Source: Candidatus Bathyarchaeota archaeon (lineage in GTDB: Archaea > Thermoproteota > Bathyarchaeia > Bathyarchaeales > Bathycorpusculaceae). Taken from it: 64,000 nucleotides of DNA. Position numbers and translations under genes: made by a program. The DNA is taken from positions 2,464,001 to 2,528,000 of the forward strand of contig OY970340.1 of NCBI GenBank assembly GCA_963717465.1, written 5' to 3'. Each line of letters starts with the position of its first letter. Position 1 is the first letter of the stretch. Positions 22,051 to 32,491 of the stretch are shown one piece after another. Below the pieces are notes generated by a model. That model ran no database searches, was not told the origin of the DNA, and saw only the letters and a list, made by a program, of their open reading frames with translations.

Positions 22051-23919
22051 ATGCAAACGACCCGAATAAACAAAAAAATCGGAAAAAAATTGCAATTAGA
22101 GAAAGGAGTGAAATGCGAATCTTTATTTGAAAACATGCTTGACGGTTTTGCCTATTGCAAAATGGTTTTTGGTTCTCAGGGCAAACCTGTTGATTTCATT
22201 TGTTTGCAAATTAACGATGCTTTATTAAAACTCACTGGAATAAAGAAATCTGAAATACTTGGAAAGAGAGTCATTGAAGCAATTCCGAGAATAAAACAGG
22301 AATACCCCGAATTATTTGAGATTTACAGCAGAGTTGCCTTAACTGGAAAAGCGGAGAAAGCCGAATTTTTCTTCAAGCGGCTAAACATGTGGTTGTACTT
22401 TTCAGTTTACAGTCCAAAGAAAGGCTACTTTGTCGCAATATTCGAGAATATAACTGAGCGTAAAAACACTGAAGCTGCTCTGAAAAGTGACGCTGAACGG
22501 TTTACAGCTTTAGCAAATTCTTTGCCTGAAATAATTTTTGAAACAGACGCGAATGGAAAAACAACTTTCGTAAATCAAATTGCTTTTGAAACTACTGGTT
22601 ACACACAGGAAGATATCAACAAAGGATTTCAAGAGTTGATTGCTCCAGAAGATTTTGAAAAAGCTAGAAAAGACTTTGCAAGTGCAATGGTAAATTCTTC
22701 AACTACAACCAATGAGTACGTGTTCAGTAAGAAGGATGGTAGCAGATTTAACGCGATTATAAAAGCAGTGCCAATTAAATCTAGCAGCAACGTTGTTGGA
22801 TTAAGGGGTATTGTTACCGATATTACTGAACAGAAAAGAATGAACGAAACTCTTGTTTTTCAAAGTCAACTGCTTGAAGCTGTCGGGCAAGCCTTAATTG
22901 CGACAGATAAAGACAATGTTATTCGTTACTGGAATAAAGGAGCTGAAAATCTTTACGGGTGGACCGCAGAAGAGGTTCTGGGAAAAAATGTTGATGAATT
23001 TTTAACGACTGAGGTAATTAAAAAACAGATAACTATAGCCTTGGACCGGTTCCTTTCAGGCGAAAGCTGGTCTGCTGAAATTCAAATTAAAGACCGTTAT
23101 GGCGAAATGTTTCCTGTAATTGTCACGATCAGTCCTGTTTTTAACAAGAGCGGCGAATTCGTAGGGTCGATAAGTGCCTACACTGACATAACAGATCAAA
23201 AGAGCGTAGAGCTTGACCTCAAAAACTACGTTAACGAAAATGCTAAGGCAACAAAGAAAATAAAAGAGTTAAATGAAAAACTCCGAGTAATTGCCAGCTT
23301 AACAAGACACGATATCAGAAATAAACTCGGGGTTTTAAACGGGTACATATACCTGCTCAAAAAACAAATTTCAGATAACGAAATCGCAACGAAGCATTTA
23401 GCTAAAATGGATGAAGCCTCAAAACAATTGCTGACCATTTTGGAATTTGAGAGGGTTTATGAACAAATCGGTTCTGAAGAACTCGTTTACGTGAATGTTG
23501 AAAAATTCTTCGCTGAAGCTTCCGCGCTAGTATCTGACCGCAAAGACATAAATTTTGACTGCAACTGCGAAGGATTAGAAGTATTAGCTGACTCTTTATT
23601 GCGCCAATTATTGTATAACTTAATGGATAATACATTAAAATACGGAGAAAAAACTACTCTAATCACTCTTCATTTCCAAAGAAGCGAGAAGTCCCTTCTT
23701 CTCATCTACGAGGATAATGGAGTGGGAATGACCGATGATGTTAGATCTCATCTTTTTGAGAAAGGCTTTGGCAAAGGAACTGGGTTTGGCCTTTACATGA
23801 TAAAACGCATAATTGAAGCCTACGGCTGGAGTATAGAAGAAAACGGAAAATTAGGTGTCGGCGCCAAGTTTACAATGAGAATACCAAAAAACAAGTTTAG
23901 GCTGAAGAGAGATGTCTAA
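22051..23919 (+). CDS. Multi-PAS sensor histidine kinase, paralog of 12762-14636
   Basis: Same architecture; RHDIRNKL; long shared DNA stretches. Confidence 0.92.
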   Translation: MQTTRINKKIGKKLQLEKGVKCESLFENMLDGFAYCKMVFGSQGKPVDFICLQINDALLKLTGIKKSEILGKRVIEAIPRIKQEYPELFEIYSRVALTGKAEKAEFFFKRLNMWLYFSVYSPKKGYFVAIFENITERKNTEAALKSDAERFTALANSLPEIIFETDANGKTTFVNQIAFETTGYTQEDINKGFQELIAPEDFEKARKDFASAMVNSSTTTNEYVFSKKDGSRFNAIIKAVPIKSSSNVVGLRGIVTDITEQKRMNETLVFQSQLLEAVGQALIATDKDNVIRYWNKGAENLYGWTAEEVLGKNVDEFLTTEVIKKQITIALDRFLSGESWSAEIQIKDRYGEMFPVIVTISPVFNKSGEFVGSISAYTDITDQKSVELDLKNYVNENAKATKKIKELNEKLRVIASLTRHDIRNKLGVLNGYIYLLKKQISDNEIATKHLAKMDEASKQLLTILEFERVYEQIGSEELVYVNVEKFFAEASALVSDRKDINFDCNCEGLEVLADSLLRQLLYNLMDNTLKYGEKTTLITLHFQRSEKSLLLIYEDNGVGMTDDVRSHLFEKGFGKGTGFGLYMIKRIIEAYGWSIEENGKLGVGAKFTMRIPKNKFRLKRDV

Positions 23920-24461
23920 ATTAATCTTTGACAAATATTGCATATTGAAGGAATCAGAAGGTTTAGCATTGAATTCTTTGCTACCTAATTCGAGTTTAGG
24001 CTAAAAAGGGCAGCGCCACATTGGTGTTGAAAAAATTTGAAAAATGCAATTATAAATTAATTAATAACCATAATAATCTATTTTGTAGCACAAATTCGAA
24101 TTAAAGTATAATTTAGCTTAAATATTCTGAATGTCAGCTACTATTTCGCGCTCGTTTACCAAACCGTGCGCTATTCACCTCAAGGTGGTGGCTAAAGGAG
24201 AGCCAAACTCCCAACCTTTAGTCACTACCTTCAATACAATTTTAGCGTTAACACGTTTCAATTTTTATTTTTTCTATTATTTCCAAGATATAATGCTTTG
24301 TCAGGTTAAAATTAGCAAGTTTCAGAAGAACTGTGTTGGAAATATCACTCATACGGAGCATTGGCACTTAATGGAGACGATAATTCTTTCTGAACTTTGC
24401 CGTGACAGTCGGGAACTAAAAAAGAAGTTAAAAAAAGAATATAGGATAACTATTTACTTGT

Positions 24462-24869
24462 CTACTCTGGTAGACCTGGAAATTCGCCTTTAATCTGCTG
24501 ATAAACCTTCTTTAATGGCTCTTCAACTGGCATCATGAAACCCAGATCACCCAGGTCACCCGACAACAGTGACATGGCTCCTTGCGAAAACAACGCGTCA
24601 GCACCCATCTTACCAGACCACCAATCATTTAGGTATTTAAGCTTAAGATACTGAATCGCCGCATTAGCCTCATCAACACTACCCTTATTCACAACCCACT
24701 TCTTACCCTTCGAACCAATCTGCCAAACAACATCAGGAACATCACCAATACTCAACTCAACAATCATGTCATTCTCCTGATCCTTACACGCATCAATAAT
24801 AGCAGGATCATCAGCAAGCTTAGAATACAACTTATACGCGAAATTCATCAACTTATCCTCATAAGACAT
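24462..24869 (-). CDS. SCP2 sterol-carrier-like protein
   Basis: ~135 aa; W..GKM.A..LF.QG.M...SGD pattern resembles SCP2. Confidence 0.6.
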   Translation of the reverse strand: MSYEDKLMNFAYKLYSKLADDPAIIDACKDQENDMIVELSIGDVPDVVWQIGSKGKKWVVNKGSVDEANAAIQYLKLKYLNDWWSGKMGADALFSQGAMSLLSGDLGDLGFMMPVEEPLKKVYQQIKGEFPGLPE

Positions 24870-24953
24870 AACATCTATCTCCTTTCATTTTATATTTTTA
24901 CATGCAGATAAAAAAGAAAAAGAAGAATATTTCTGTTTTGGTCTGCTGCCAAT

Positions 24954-25607
24954 TTAGGTTTTGCCTACGAGCATTCGTGCCTTTTTGATTGCGTCTCCGC
25001 AGTCTGCACCCCAAGTATCAGCCTTAATGCGTTTGCAGAAGTCATCAGTCATCGGTGTACCGCCAACAAGAACCTTGTACTTCTTACGAAGACCACGCTC
25101 AACAAGCGTATCAACGAGTGCTCTCTGATAAGACATACTGCTAGTCATCAAAGCGCCCATCGCAACAATATCAGCATGAACTTCCTCAGCCTTCTTCACA
25201 TAATCCTCAGTCGGAATCTCTTCACCTAAATCATAAACATCAAAACCATCAGTACGCAACATATCAGCAATCAAGTTCTTACCAATACTATGAATATCAC
25301 CAAACGCTGTACCGATAACAACTATGCCTTTTGCCTTTGGCAACTTATCTTTGGGATACTTTTCCTTAAGGTAGTTAACTGCAGCAGTCATCGCGTTAGC
25401 AGCCATAATTACGTACGGCAATGGGTATTCGAAGCGGCCAAATCGGTCACCAACTTCCTTAATGCCAACTGATAGGCCTTTCTCGATAGCGTCCATAATT
25501 TCCAGTTTGTTTTCTACTGCTTCTTTAGCCGCTGCAACAGCCGCATCCTCATTATAATCAATGATTGCTTTAGCGAGGTGTTCAAGTACTTCAGCCTTAG
25601 TTACCAT
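24954..25607 (-). CDS. Methyltransferase cognate corrinoid protein (MttC/MtmC-like)
   Basis: Cap domain plus GDIHSIGKNL B12 motif, GALMT, VGG. Confidence 0.93.
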   Translation of the reverse strand: MVTKAEVLEHLAKAIIDYNEDAAVAAAKEAVENKLEIMDAIEKGLSVGIKEVGDRFGRFEYPLPYVIMAANAMTAAVNYLKEKYPKDKLPKAKGIVVIGTAFGDIHSIGKNLIADMLRTDGFDVYDLGEEIPTEDYVKKAEEVHADIVAMGALMTSSMSYQRALVDTLVERGLRKKYKVLVGGTPMTDDFCKRIKADTWGADCGDAIKKARMLVGKT

Positions 25608-25629
25608 AGATAATCCCTTCTTTGTCTCC

Positions 25630-27204
25630 TTAGAACCTTGCTCCGGTTCCTTTCGTGTCTATTGCATAGCCGCCGATCTGTAGTACTTTGTCGTATTTGG
25701 CTACGATTGAATTCATTCTGTCAGCTACGTCTTTTGGCGGCAGTGGAGCAGGGAACTCCTTAACGATTTTCTGGGTTAGAGCGTATGCGCGGTCATCAAA
25801 GCCAAGTTTGTCTTCAATCCATCGCAAATATTGCCTCAACTCGTATAAGCCATAACCATGGCGCATTGGGAAGAAGCCTATGTCAGTCATGGTCTGTAGA
25901 GTGTGTTTTTCCTTCATGAAGTCGCCTCTTGGACCCTTAGTAAGCCATTGATCGGGCATGAAAGCTTCAGGTGAAAAATCTAAGTCTTTGAAGAACCACG
26001 AAAGCAAACGAAGCACTTCTGCTAGTTCAGTGTAGCCTTCTGGTCTGATTCCGTTTGGACCTACTGTTGTAGCCCAACAGCCACATTGGTCGGTAGCCAT
26101 TTGGAAGGCGTTGAATATGTGGTAAGTTAACATACCAGCTTGTGAGTCTGCGGCAGCTGCTGTGCCTCCCATGTTACATCCTGGCCACATGGTTGCTTTT
26201 GGTGTTGGGTAGTTGTTGTGCCAGAAGCTCACGTGTAAAGCTAATCCTTTGCTGAATTGTTCTTCAGTTCCTGCTAACATTTGTGTGTATGGGTCCATTG
26301 GCATCACTAGGTCGTAGGTCATGTCAGGGATATGGCCTTTCGCGATTCCGCCTTGTCCAAGAGCTAAAGCTACTGCCATTGATGCAGATGCAGCAACAGT
26401 CACTGTGTATGCTCCTGTTATAGTGCATGGACCTTGGAATCCAGGTATGCAAACATCAGTGTGGTCTATAAGTAGAGGTCTGCCTTTTGTCCAACCTTCC
26501 AAAGTTTGGCTCATTCTGTCACTTGTCTTTTGGCCGAAAACTAAGCCTGGTGTGTCTCCATGGTTAGTAATAAATGGTCTCTTAGCGACTTCGTCTAATC
26601 CTCCGAGCACTTCTGCAGCTAAATCAGTATAGCAGTCAATATGATCAATTGCATCAATATGCCAAATGTGTTTGGTAGTGCATTGAATAGTGCTGTTAAG
26701 ATCATGAGTATCCACTGGCAAACCAGCTTCTGCCAAGTCCATAGGCAGGAAAATTGGGCTCGTCATGTCATACTCGGGGAAGTACTCAACAATCTTTTGC
26801 TCTCTCCAGTTGTCAGCGTCAACACAGTCTCTGAATTCATATTGGTGTGTTGCTAGATTCAATTTGGAATATAGTGCCATGATGCCGAAGCCTCCGCGGA
26901 AAACTCTGCCGCTTCCGCATTCCATGAATATGTCGTTGTTTGGCGTTCTTCCTGGCAAAATTTGGTAACTTGGTATTGCATTTATGGCTTCAACTGCAAG
27001 ATTTTGAGGTATCTTTACGATTCCTTTTTTCTCGTCAGCGACGGTGCATCCTAAGTCTTTGTAGACTTTTTGAAGTTTAGGAGTAACTCCTCCCACTCCA
27101 ATTTTATCCAACAGAAACATTGCAGTATTATGGATTGTCATCAATTCTTCTTTTGTTGCTATTGAACGTGTAAATCTTCTAGGTATATTTACTCCTGTTC
27201 TCAA
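25630..27204 (-). CDS. MttB-superfamily corrinoid methyltransferase, no pyrrolysine
   Basis: IH..A..LL.KIG, GPCTITGA, DSQAG, GPRGDF...HT; no in-frame TAG. Confidence 0.8.
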   Translation of the reverse strand: MRTGVNIPRRFTRSIATKEELMTIHNTAMFLLDKIGVGGVTPKLQKVYKDLGCTVADEKKGIVKIPQNLAVEAINAIPSYQILPGRTPNNDIFMECGSGRVFRGGFGIMALYSKLNLATHQYEFRDCVDADNWREQKIVEYFPEYDMTSPIFLPMDLAEAGLPVDTHDLNSTIQCTTKHIWHIDAIDHIDCYTDLAAEVLGGLDEVAKRPFITNHGDTPGLVFGQKTSDRMSQTLEGWTKGRPLLIDHTDVCIPGFQGPCTITGAYTVTVAASASMAVALALGQGGIAKGHIPDMTYDLVMPMDPYTQMLAGTEEQFSKGLALHVSFWHNNYPTPKATMWPGCNMGGTAAAADSQAGMLTYHIFNAFQMATDQCGCWATTVGPNGIRPEGYTELAEVLRLLSWFFKDLDFSPEAFMPDQWLTKGPRGDFMKEKHTLQTMTDIGFFPMRHGYGLYELRQYLRWIEDKLGFDDRAYALTQKIVKEFPAPLPPKDVADRMNSIVAKYDKVLQIGGYAIDTKGTGARF

Positions 27205-27253
27205 TTTTTTCCATCCCTTTTTATTATAGCTGACTTAATTGGTCAGCTTTATC

Positions 27254-27335
27254 GATATTTAAGTTAGATTATAAGCAGTTTTTGTTTTTAGCGACAATTT
27301 GGGATATTCTAACAATTTCCATCAACATTATTGCA
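27254..27335 (-). promoter_or_regulatory. Conserved promoter/operator element, copy 1 (mttB-like operon)
   Basis: + strand TTATA 27269, GCGACA 27291, ACATTATTGC 27325. Confidence 0.8.
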
Positions 27336-27711
27336 AAATAGACAGCTTTTACAAGAAAATGTAGACTTACTATTTTTAGAATATTTATCAAAGGCATAAA
27401 ACAAGCGTAATCATTAATAGGTTAAAACAAATATTTAATTTATAACTTGAACTTTCATCTCAAACGAACCCTTTTTGCTATGAAAATAGCTAAAAAAAAC
27501 TTCAGGTATATGCATCTATTCTAAAGTAAGTCTTTTTTGATTTCTGATGAGGAAATTGCTGCTACTTTACTATTTTCTATGAAGAGAATGTTTTAGCAGG
27601 TTGATGGAAATATTTTAAATATACAAGTAAGCGCTAAAATAATTTGCAAGCGCTCAATTCAAATCTTTTAAGAAAATAAAGAGATGAGTAATTCATCTCT
27701 CATTATTCCAT

Positions 27712-29073
27712 TTAGCCCCAAGTTGGGTAATCAAAACCCATGTCTTTGAATTCTTTTGTCACTTTTTTGTACAGATCTACACATTCCTTTCTAGGTTTCA
27801 AAGTTTCTTGGTCATAGAATTCGTATAGGTTTCGCGATAGCACACTCCAGTCAAATGCCTTCAATGCAGGTGTAAACTTTGTTATGAGTTCTTTTATTAG
27901 CTTGGTTCCTTCGCTTACCTTTGTGCCAGCTGCTGCTCTTGTGAATTCACTTCCGAATTTTGCGCCCAGAGGAGGTGTACTACCGACTTCCCACATTCCT
28001 TCCATGCCTGAGATGCAAGCAGTCATACAGGCTGCTGCTGTTCCGTACCAGTCAGCTTCAGTCATTGGTATGTTTAAGCCTATTCCACTTGAAATCCATG
28101 GAGCTTTTATGTTTCGGTCTGCAGCTAACGCCATTGCCGAGTTAGCCCAGAAAACGTCTGCGCCTACATATACGTTATCAATTGTGTTGGTCATAGCCTG
28201 TGTGAAGGAACCATCTGCATAGGCCATTTGACCTAGCGAGTGAGCCATAGCTTCAAGAACTGCTTCTTCAGGAGAACTGATGTAACCGTACAGTGTTGGG
28301 CTAGTACTCTGCCATGGAACTATTTGGTGTTGCATAGCGAAGTAGGCAAGATTAACTCTGTCAAGAACAAGACGCATATCCTGAAGTATGTGAACTGGCA
28401 TCATGCAGTTTCGGTTTGTATAGTATCCAGGATCAAAAGCGGAGATTAGAGCGATCATGCTTGTTGCAGTCATAGGTATACCCAGTAACATGCCAGGTCT
28501 TCCAGCGGCGCGTGCACCAGCAGTCAACAGTTCGCATTCAGTGTGAACCATAAGTGACTCAGTAGGTGTGCCACCGGTAGGTTTCTGACCAAAAGAGGCT
28601 TCAATTATATTAGGAATCATGCCGTCAGTTGTAGGTTCCCTGGCAACAAGATAAACAGCGTCTCGCCATTGTGATAAGTCGCTTCCCATCCATCCAGCAG
28701 CATTCAAGCAGTATGGATGTTGTTTATCCTCTGGACCTCTAGGACGCATCCTCAGTATGTCCCTGCCTGTTCCCCACTCAACCTCCTGCTTTCGTGTCTT
28801 CACAACTTCTCTGAGCTCTGTTTCAGTGAATTTCACCAAGTGCTTGGTATCCTTGCAGTACAATCCGCATTGGACAAGCAATTGTATGCTGGCTTCGTAG
28901 ATAGCATCAGCCATTTGTGCATCTGTCAAAATTGGTTCGCCATCCCATTTAATCTTGTAATCTTGGACTAACTGCTTTACTTTCTCGGGAAAAAAGGTAT
29001 TTTCAAATTCGTCTTCCTTCATTATTGGACCAGTTCTGGTTCTTTCCAAAACTTCCCACAATAAATGACCCAT
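27712..29073 (-). CDS. MtmB-family (monomethylamine methyltransferase-like) protein, no pyrrolysine
   Basis: CGLYCKDT..VKFTE.E, GTGRD, AGRPGM; no in-frame TAG. Confidence 0.88.
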   Translation of the reverse strand: MGHLLWEVLERTRTGPIMKEDEFENTFFPEKVKQLVQDYKIKWDGEPILTDAQMADAIYEASIQLLVQCGLYCKDTKHLVKFTETELREVVKTRKQEVEWGTGRDILRMRPRGPEDKQHPYCLNAAGWMGSDLSQWRDAVYLVAREPTTDGMIPNIIEASFGQKPTGGTPTESLMVHTECELLTAGARAAGRPGMLLGIPMTATSMIALISAFDPGYYTNRNCMMPVHILQDMRLVLDRVNLAYFAMQHQIVPWQSTSPTLYGYISSPEEAVLEAMAHSLGQMAYADGSFTQAMTNTIDNVYVGADVFWANSAMALAADRNIKAPWISSGIGLNIPMTEADWYGTAAACMTACISGMEGMWEVGSTPPLGAKFGSEFTRAAAGTKVSEGTKLIKELITKFTPALKAFDWSVLSRNLYEFYDQETLKPRKECVDLYKKVTKEFKDMGFDYPTWG

Positions 29074-29108
29074 ATTTTCTCACCAAGACTAATTAATTCA
29101 ACCTGATT

Positions 29109-29190
29109 GCTAATTAAACTAAGTTATAAGCCAGTTTCAATATTTGCGACAAAGAAGGACATTTCAACAATCATCATCGACATTATTGCG
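29109..29190 (-). promoter_or_regulatory. Conserved promoter/operator element, copy 2 (mtmB-like)
   Basis: TTATA 29124, GCGACA 29146, ACATTATTGC 29180. Confidence 0.8.
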
Positions 29191-29366
29191 TGACAGGGAT
29201 TCTTTTTGAGACAAGGTTGAATGAACCTTTTTTGGCTTACTTATATCTTGAGAAAATGAGAAATTTTCAATCAACTAGTTGAATCAACCTTTTTTAATCT
29301 AAGCTTTGCTAAGTTTTTGGAAGATTAAAAAAAGAATAAAAAAAATAATCTTAAAATCTATGGTTC

Positions 29367-29762
29367 TTAGTATTCAACACCGGGTAGTGTTTTTGAAACT
29401 TCGGATAAACGACCCAACGATTTCTGGTGCTTCATTGCCTTCATCATGTTGAGCTTTAGTTTAGCTTTCTGCGCGTTAATTTCGCCTTTGGCAATACCCG
29501 CATGCATAGCATAAGTAGCGGTGGTACCAAATTCTGTTTGTTTGGAACCAAGATCTGCGGCTTTGGCCTCGCTAGCGGTAACTTTTCCGTTCTCAATAGT
29601 TAGGAGAAAAGCTTTCGGCTGCCCATCTGGACCTAGCACATCAGAGAATACATACATGAAATTTGTAGAAAGCGCTGCTTTCTGAAAAGCTTCATCTTTG
29701 TTCATGGCGTCAGCGTACATCTTATAATATTCTATTGTTCCAAATTTTACCAACATATTCAC
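29367..29762 (-). CDS. SCP2-like protein
   Basis: FGT.EY...Y..A.N.D...ENGK...ATY......GEIN pattern; GGAGGTG near start (exact start uncertain). Confidence 0.65.
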   Translation of the reverse strand: MNMLVKFGTIEYYKMYADAMNKDEAFQKAALSTNFMYVFSDVLGPDGQPKAFLLTIENGKVTASEAKAADLGSKQTEFGTTATYAMHAGIAKGEINAQKAKLKLNMMKAMKHQKSLGRLSEVSKTLPGVEY

Positions 29763-29846
29763 CTCCCATAAAACCTTTAAGCAAGAATCCGTTTTTCATT
29801 TTGTTCAACCTGAACGCTTGTTCGTCTTCGATATGAGGTTCCACTT

Positions 29847-29927
29847 AATATTTAAATTGAATTATAGCTTATTCCAATTTTTTGCAACAAAATAGGCTTT
29901 TATAATAAATATTTGCTACATTGCTGT
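29847..29927 (-). promoter_or_regulatory. Conserved promoter/operator element, copy 3 (SCP2-like gene)
   Basis: TTATA 29862, GCAACA 29884, ACATTGCTGT 29918. Confidence 0.7.
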
Positions 29928-30127
29928 AGAAATAATAATCATTTTGGCACAAATGTGCAATACTCCAATCTCTTCGAATCAAAGAACAAGATGAGCTTCG
30001 ATAAAACACAAAAAAAATTGTTAAGACATCTGTTTTGCTATGATATTAAAAAATTATCACTTTCGTGTAATTTAATACGCACAACGATAAATAAAACTAA
30101 AAAAAGAGGAAAGTTTATTGCAAGTTT

Positions 30128-32440
30128 TTATGGTCCGTACGATCCGATGTTTGCTGAGTACACTTTAGCAAGCTGAGATTTGAAATTCCAGGCTCCAAGT
30201 TCAGCGCTAAGATGCTCTGGGCTATCTGGAATTGTGACATTGATATTCCAGTCTGTCCAGCCATAGAGCGTTGGCTCCTCAGCTGGCAATTCAGGACGCC
30301 ACCAACCATGCTCAGGAGACACAATCTTTGGATTAACACCAAAATCATACCGCACCGTCTGCATACACCTACCAAGCGGCGTCTCAATGTAGATCCATTC
30401 ACCATCGCCAATGCCCATGTTACGTGCCGTCAAAGGATGCATTTTTACGCGAGGGACTGGACGCAAATGCCGCATCAAGCTGAGATGTCGATGCTCGCCA
30501 TGCTGAGCCTCTTGGAACCGTGCACCGCTACACAGAATCATAGGATAATCCTTAGCGATGTCAGGCGCACTAATCGGAGTCCAAGGATTCTCGACATAAT
30601 ACGGTATCGGGTCATACTCCAACTGCTCCAGTATGGTGGAGTAAAGCGCAACTTTACCCTCAGGAGTTCCAAAGCCTCTGATCTGTCCAGTCTCAGGATC
30701 AAGCTCCTCATACTTCTTAAATCTAGGTTCATACGGCGGAACACCCTTCCACTCCTTTATAACTTGTTTATGCGTCCAGCCAACAGGCTCATAGAACCAG
30801 TCCGCCATCTCCTCTAAAGTTTTCCAAGGCATGGCTGCGTAAGTTTTGTTCTCGCCAACAACTGCAACTGCCAGATCGCGGAATATTATGCTGTCATCTT
30901 TCAGATCCCACAATCCAGGAATTTTCTGAGGCAGCGCCCGATCACCTGCAATCTCAAACTCAACTGATCCCTGAGTTGAAACAGTCCCATAACCAGACGG
31001 CCTCTCAAACTGACTCGTACCAGGCAACACATAATCTGCAAGCATAGCCTCAGGAGTCATCGAAGCACACTCAATGTACACAAACAACTCAAGCTTCTTT
31101 AGAGCCTCATAAACCTTCTTTATGTTCGCATAACACCTCATTGGACCACATTCACCAGCAAACATCGCTTTAACTGGATAGGGCTTGCCAGTCAAAATCG
31201 TATCTATTGTACTTGGGAAATGTGCACCTACTGGTCCAGCATACCCAGCACCCTTCCAGTATCCTTGAGCCGTCTCTGACGCTTGAATAAGACCACCACC
31301 ACTAAAGCCTCCCATCCTGTATGTCTCGCCGCCTATCTGTTTTCCCCAATCGCTGTTAGTCCCGCTAATTGCTGTTTGGAACGCCTCACAAGCAGTGTGG
31401 AATTTGGGTCTTGCATGTAGGTATTCGCCGCCTTCAATGTCGACGTTGCCAGTTAACGCCGGTAGCATATATTTGGATCGAACGTTGTTCATGGAGTTTC
31501 TACCACCTGATTCAATGGCGTAGCCATATGGGAAAGAACATGGACTATTTTCAACTATGAAGTGAGCAGCTTCCCTAATCTTCTCAGCTGGAATCCAAGT
31601 AATTTCCGCAACCTTCTCAGGAGTGTACTGCTTAACACGTTCTTTTAGCTTGTCAAAGCCAAAGCACCATTTCTCCACAAAGTCATGATTATACAAATCC
31701 TCCTCGATGAGAACATTCAGCATAGCCAGCAAAAATGCAGTATCAGTGCCAGGTCTAATGGCCAACCATTTTTCAGAAATCCGAGCGGTCTCAGTAAAAC
31801 GTGGATCTATGCAGAGCATTTTCGCGCCTCCCTCCGTTGCGGCAACGAAACCTGGCCACGCATATGTCCAAGACTCCATAGCATTATTACCAATATTAAA
31901 TATACCCTTAGTCTTACCTGGAATCATCATTGCGTATGTTAATCCCACGCCATAGCCTAATCCTAAGGCTGAGTACGTGGGTCCGGCTCATTGCTGAGCT
32001 GCAGCCGACGCAAAGTTCGGACTGCCCGCTAACATGTGGAAGAAGCCAAGTCCTATGCCCAAGTTTGCAGCTCGACCGGTGCCAAAAAAGCCGCATAGTG
32101 ATTCGCCACCGTACTTTGCAATAAGTTCCTTCGTTTTAGCGCCTATTTCACTACATGCCTGCTCCCAAGAGATTCTTTGCCATTTACCTTCACCTCGTTT
32201 GCCAATGCGTTTAATTGGGTACATCGGCCTATCCTTATGGTAAATGTACTCTACACTGTATTTCCACTTCTGACAATAAGGCCCAGGATTAAAAGGGCTT
32301 TCCCAGTCAGGCTCAACCTTGGTTATTTTACCGTTCTCAACAGTCTCAAGCAATTGACAAGATCCAGTACTGCAAAAACCGCAAACACATCTATGCAATC
32401 CATCGTATGCTTTTGGGTCTTCAATTTTAGTTTCACTCAT
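30128..32440 (-). CDS. Mo/W-bisPGD oxidoreductase (DMSO-reductase superfamily, acetylene-hydratase-like), 770 aa read through in-frame TGA at codon 151 (probable selenocysteine)
   Basis: The two track ORFs share a frame and are separated only by TGA 31990-31988; N-terminal CGFC...C...C Fe-S motif; IDPR, IRPGTD, DYVLP, GKV.LYS, V...HGWW motifs. Confidence 0.88.
31944..31981 (-). promoter_or_regulatory. Candidate SECIS hairpin just 3' of the in-frame UGA
   Basis: CCCACGU/GCGUGGG lower stem, AGCCU/AGGCU upper stem, G-containing loop UAGGAUU starting 23 nt after UGA. Confidence 0.6.
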
Positions 32441-32491
32441 TATTTTCTCTCCTATTTAACGAATACAAATTTTGATATATGTGGTCTAGTT

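Noticed and set aside
24131..24493. 120-aa plus-strand ORF and the many short ORFs overlapping or antisense to larger genes
   Set aside because: No recognisable motifs; shadow ORFs or AT-rich chance frames
25630..29073. Pyrrolysine (amber) readthrough in mttB/mtmB-like genes
   Set aside because: Both are full length with no in-frame TAG, and no pyl genes are in the window
30128..32440. Two separate genes or a simple nonsense pseudogene
   Set aside because: Same frame, single stop exactly at the metal-ligand codon, downstream hairpin, no other lesions and an intact promoter; recoding is more parsimonious but unproven
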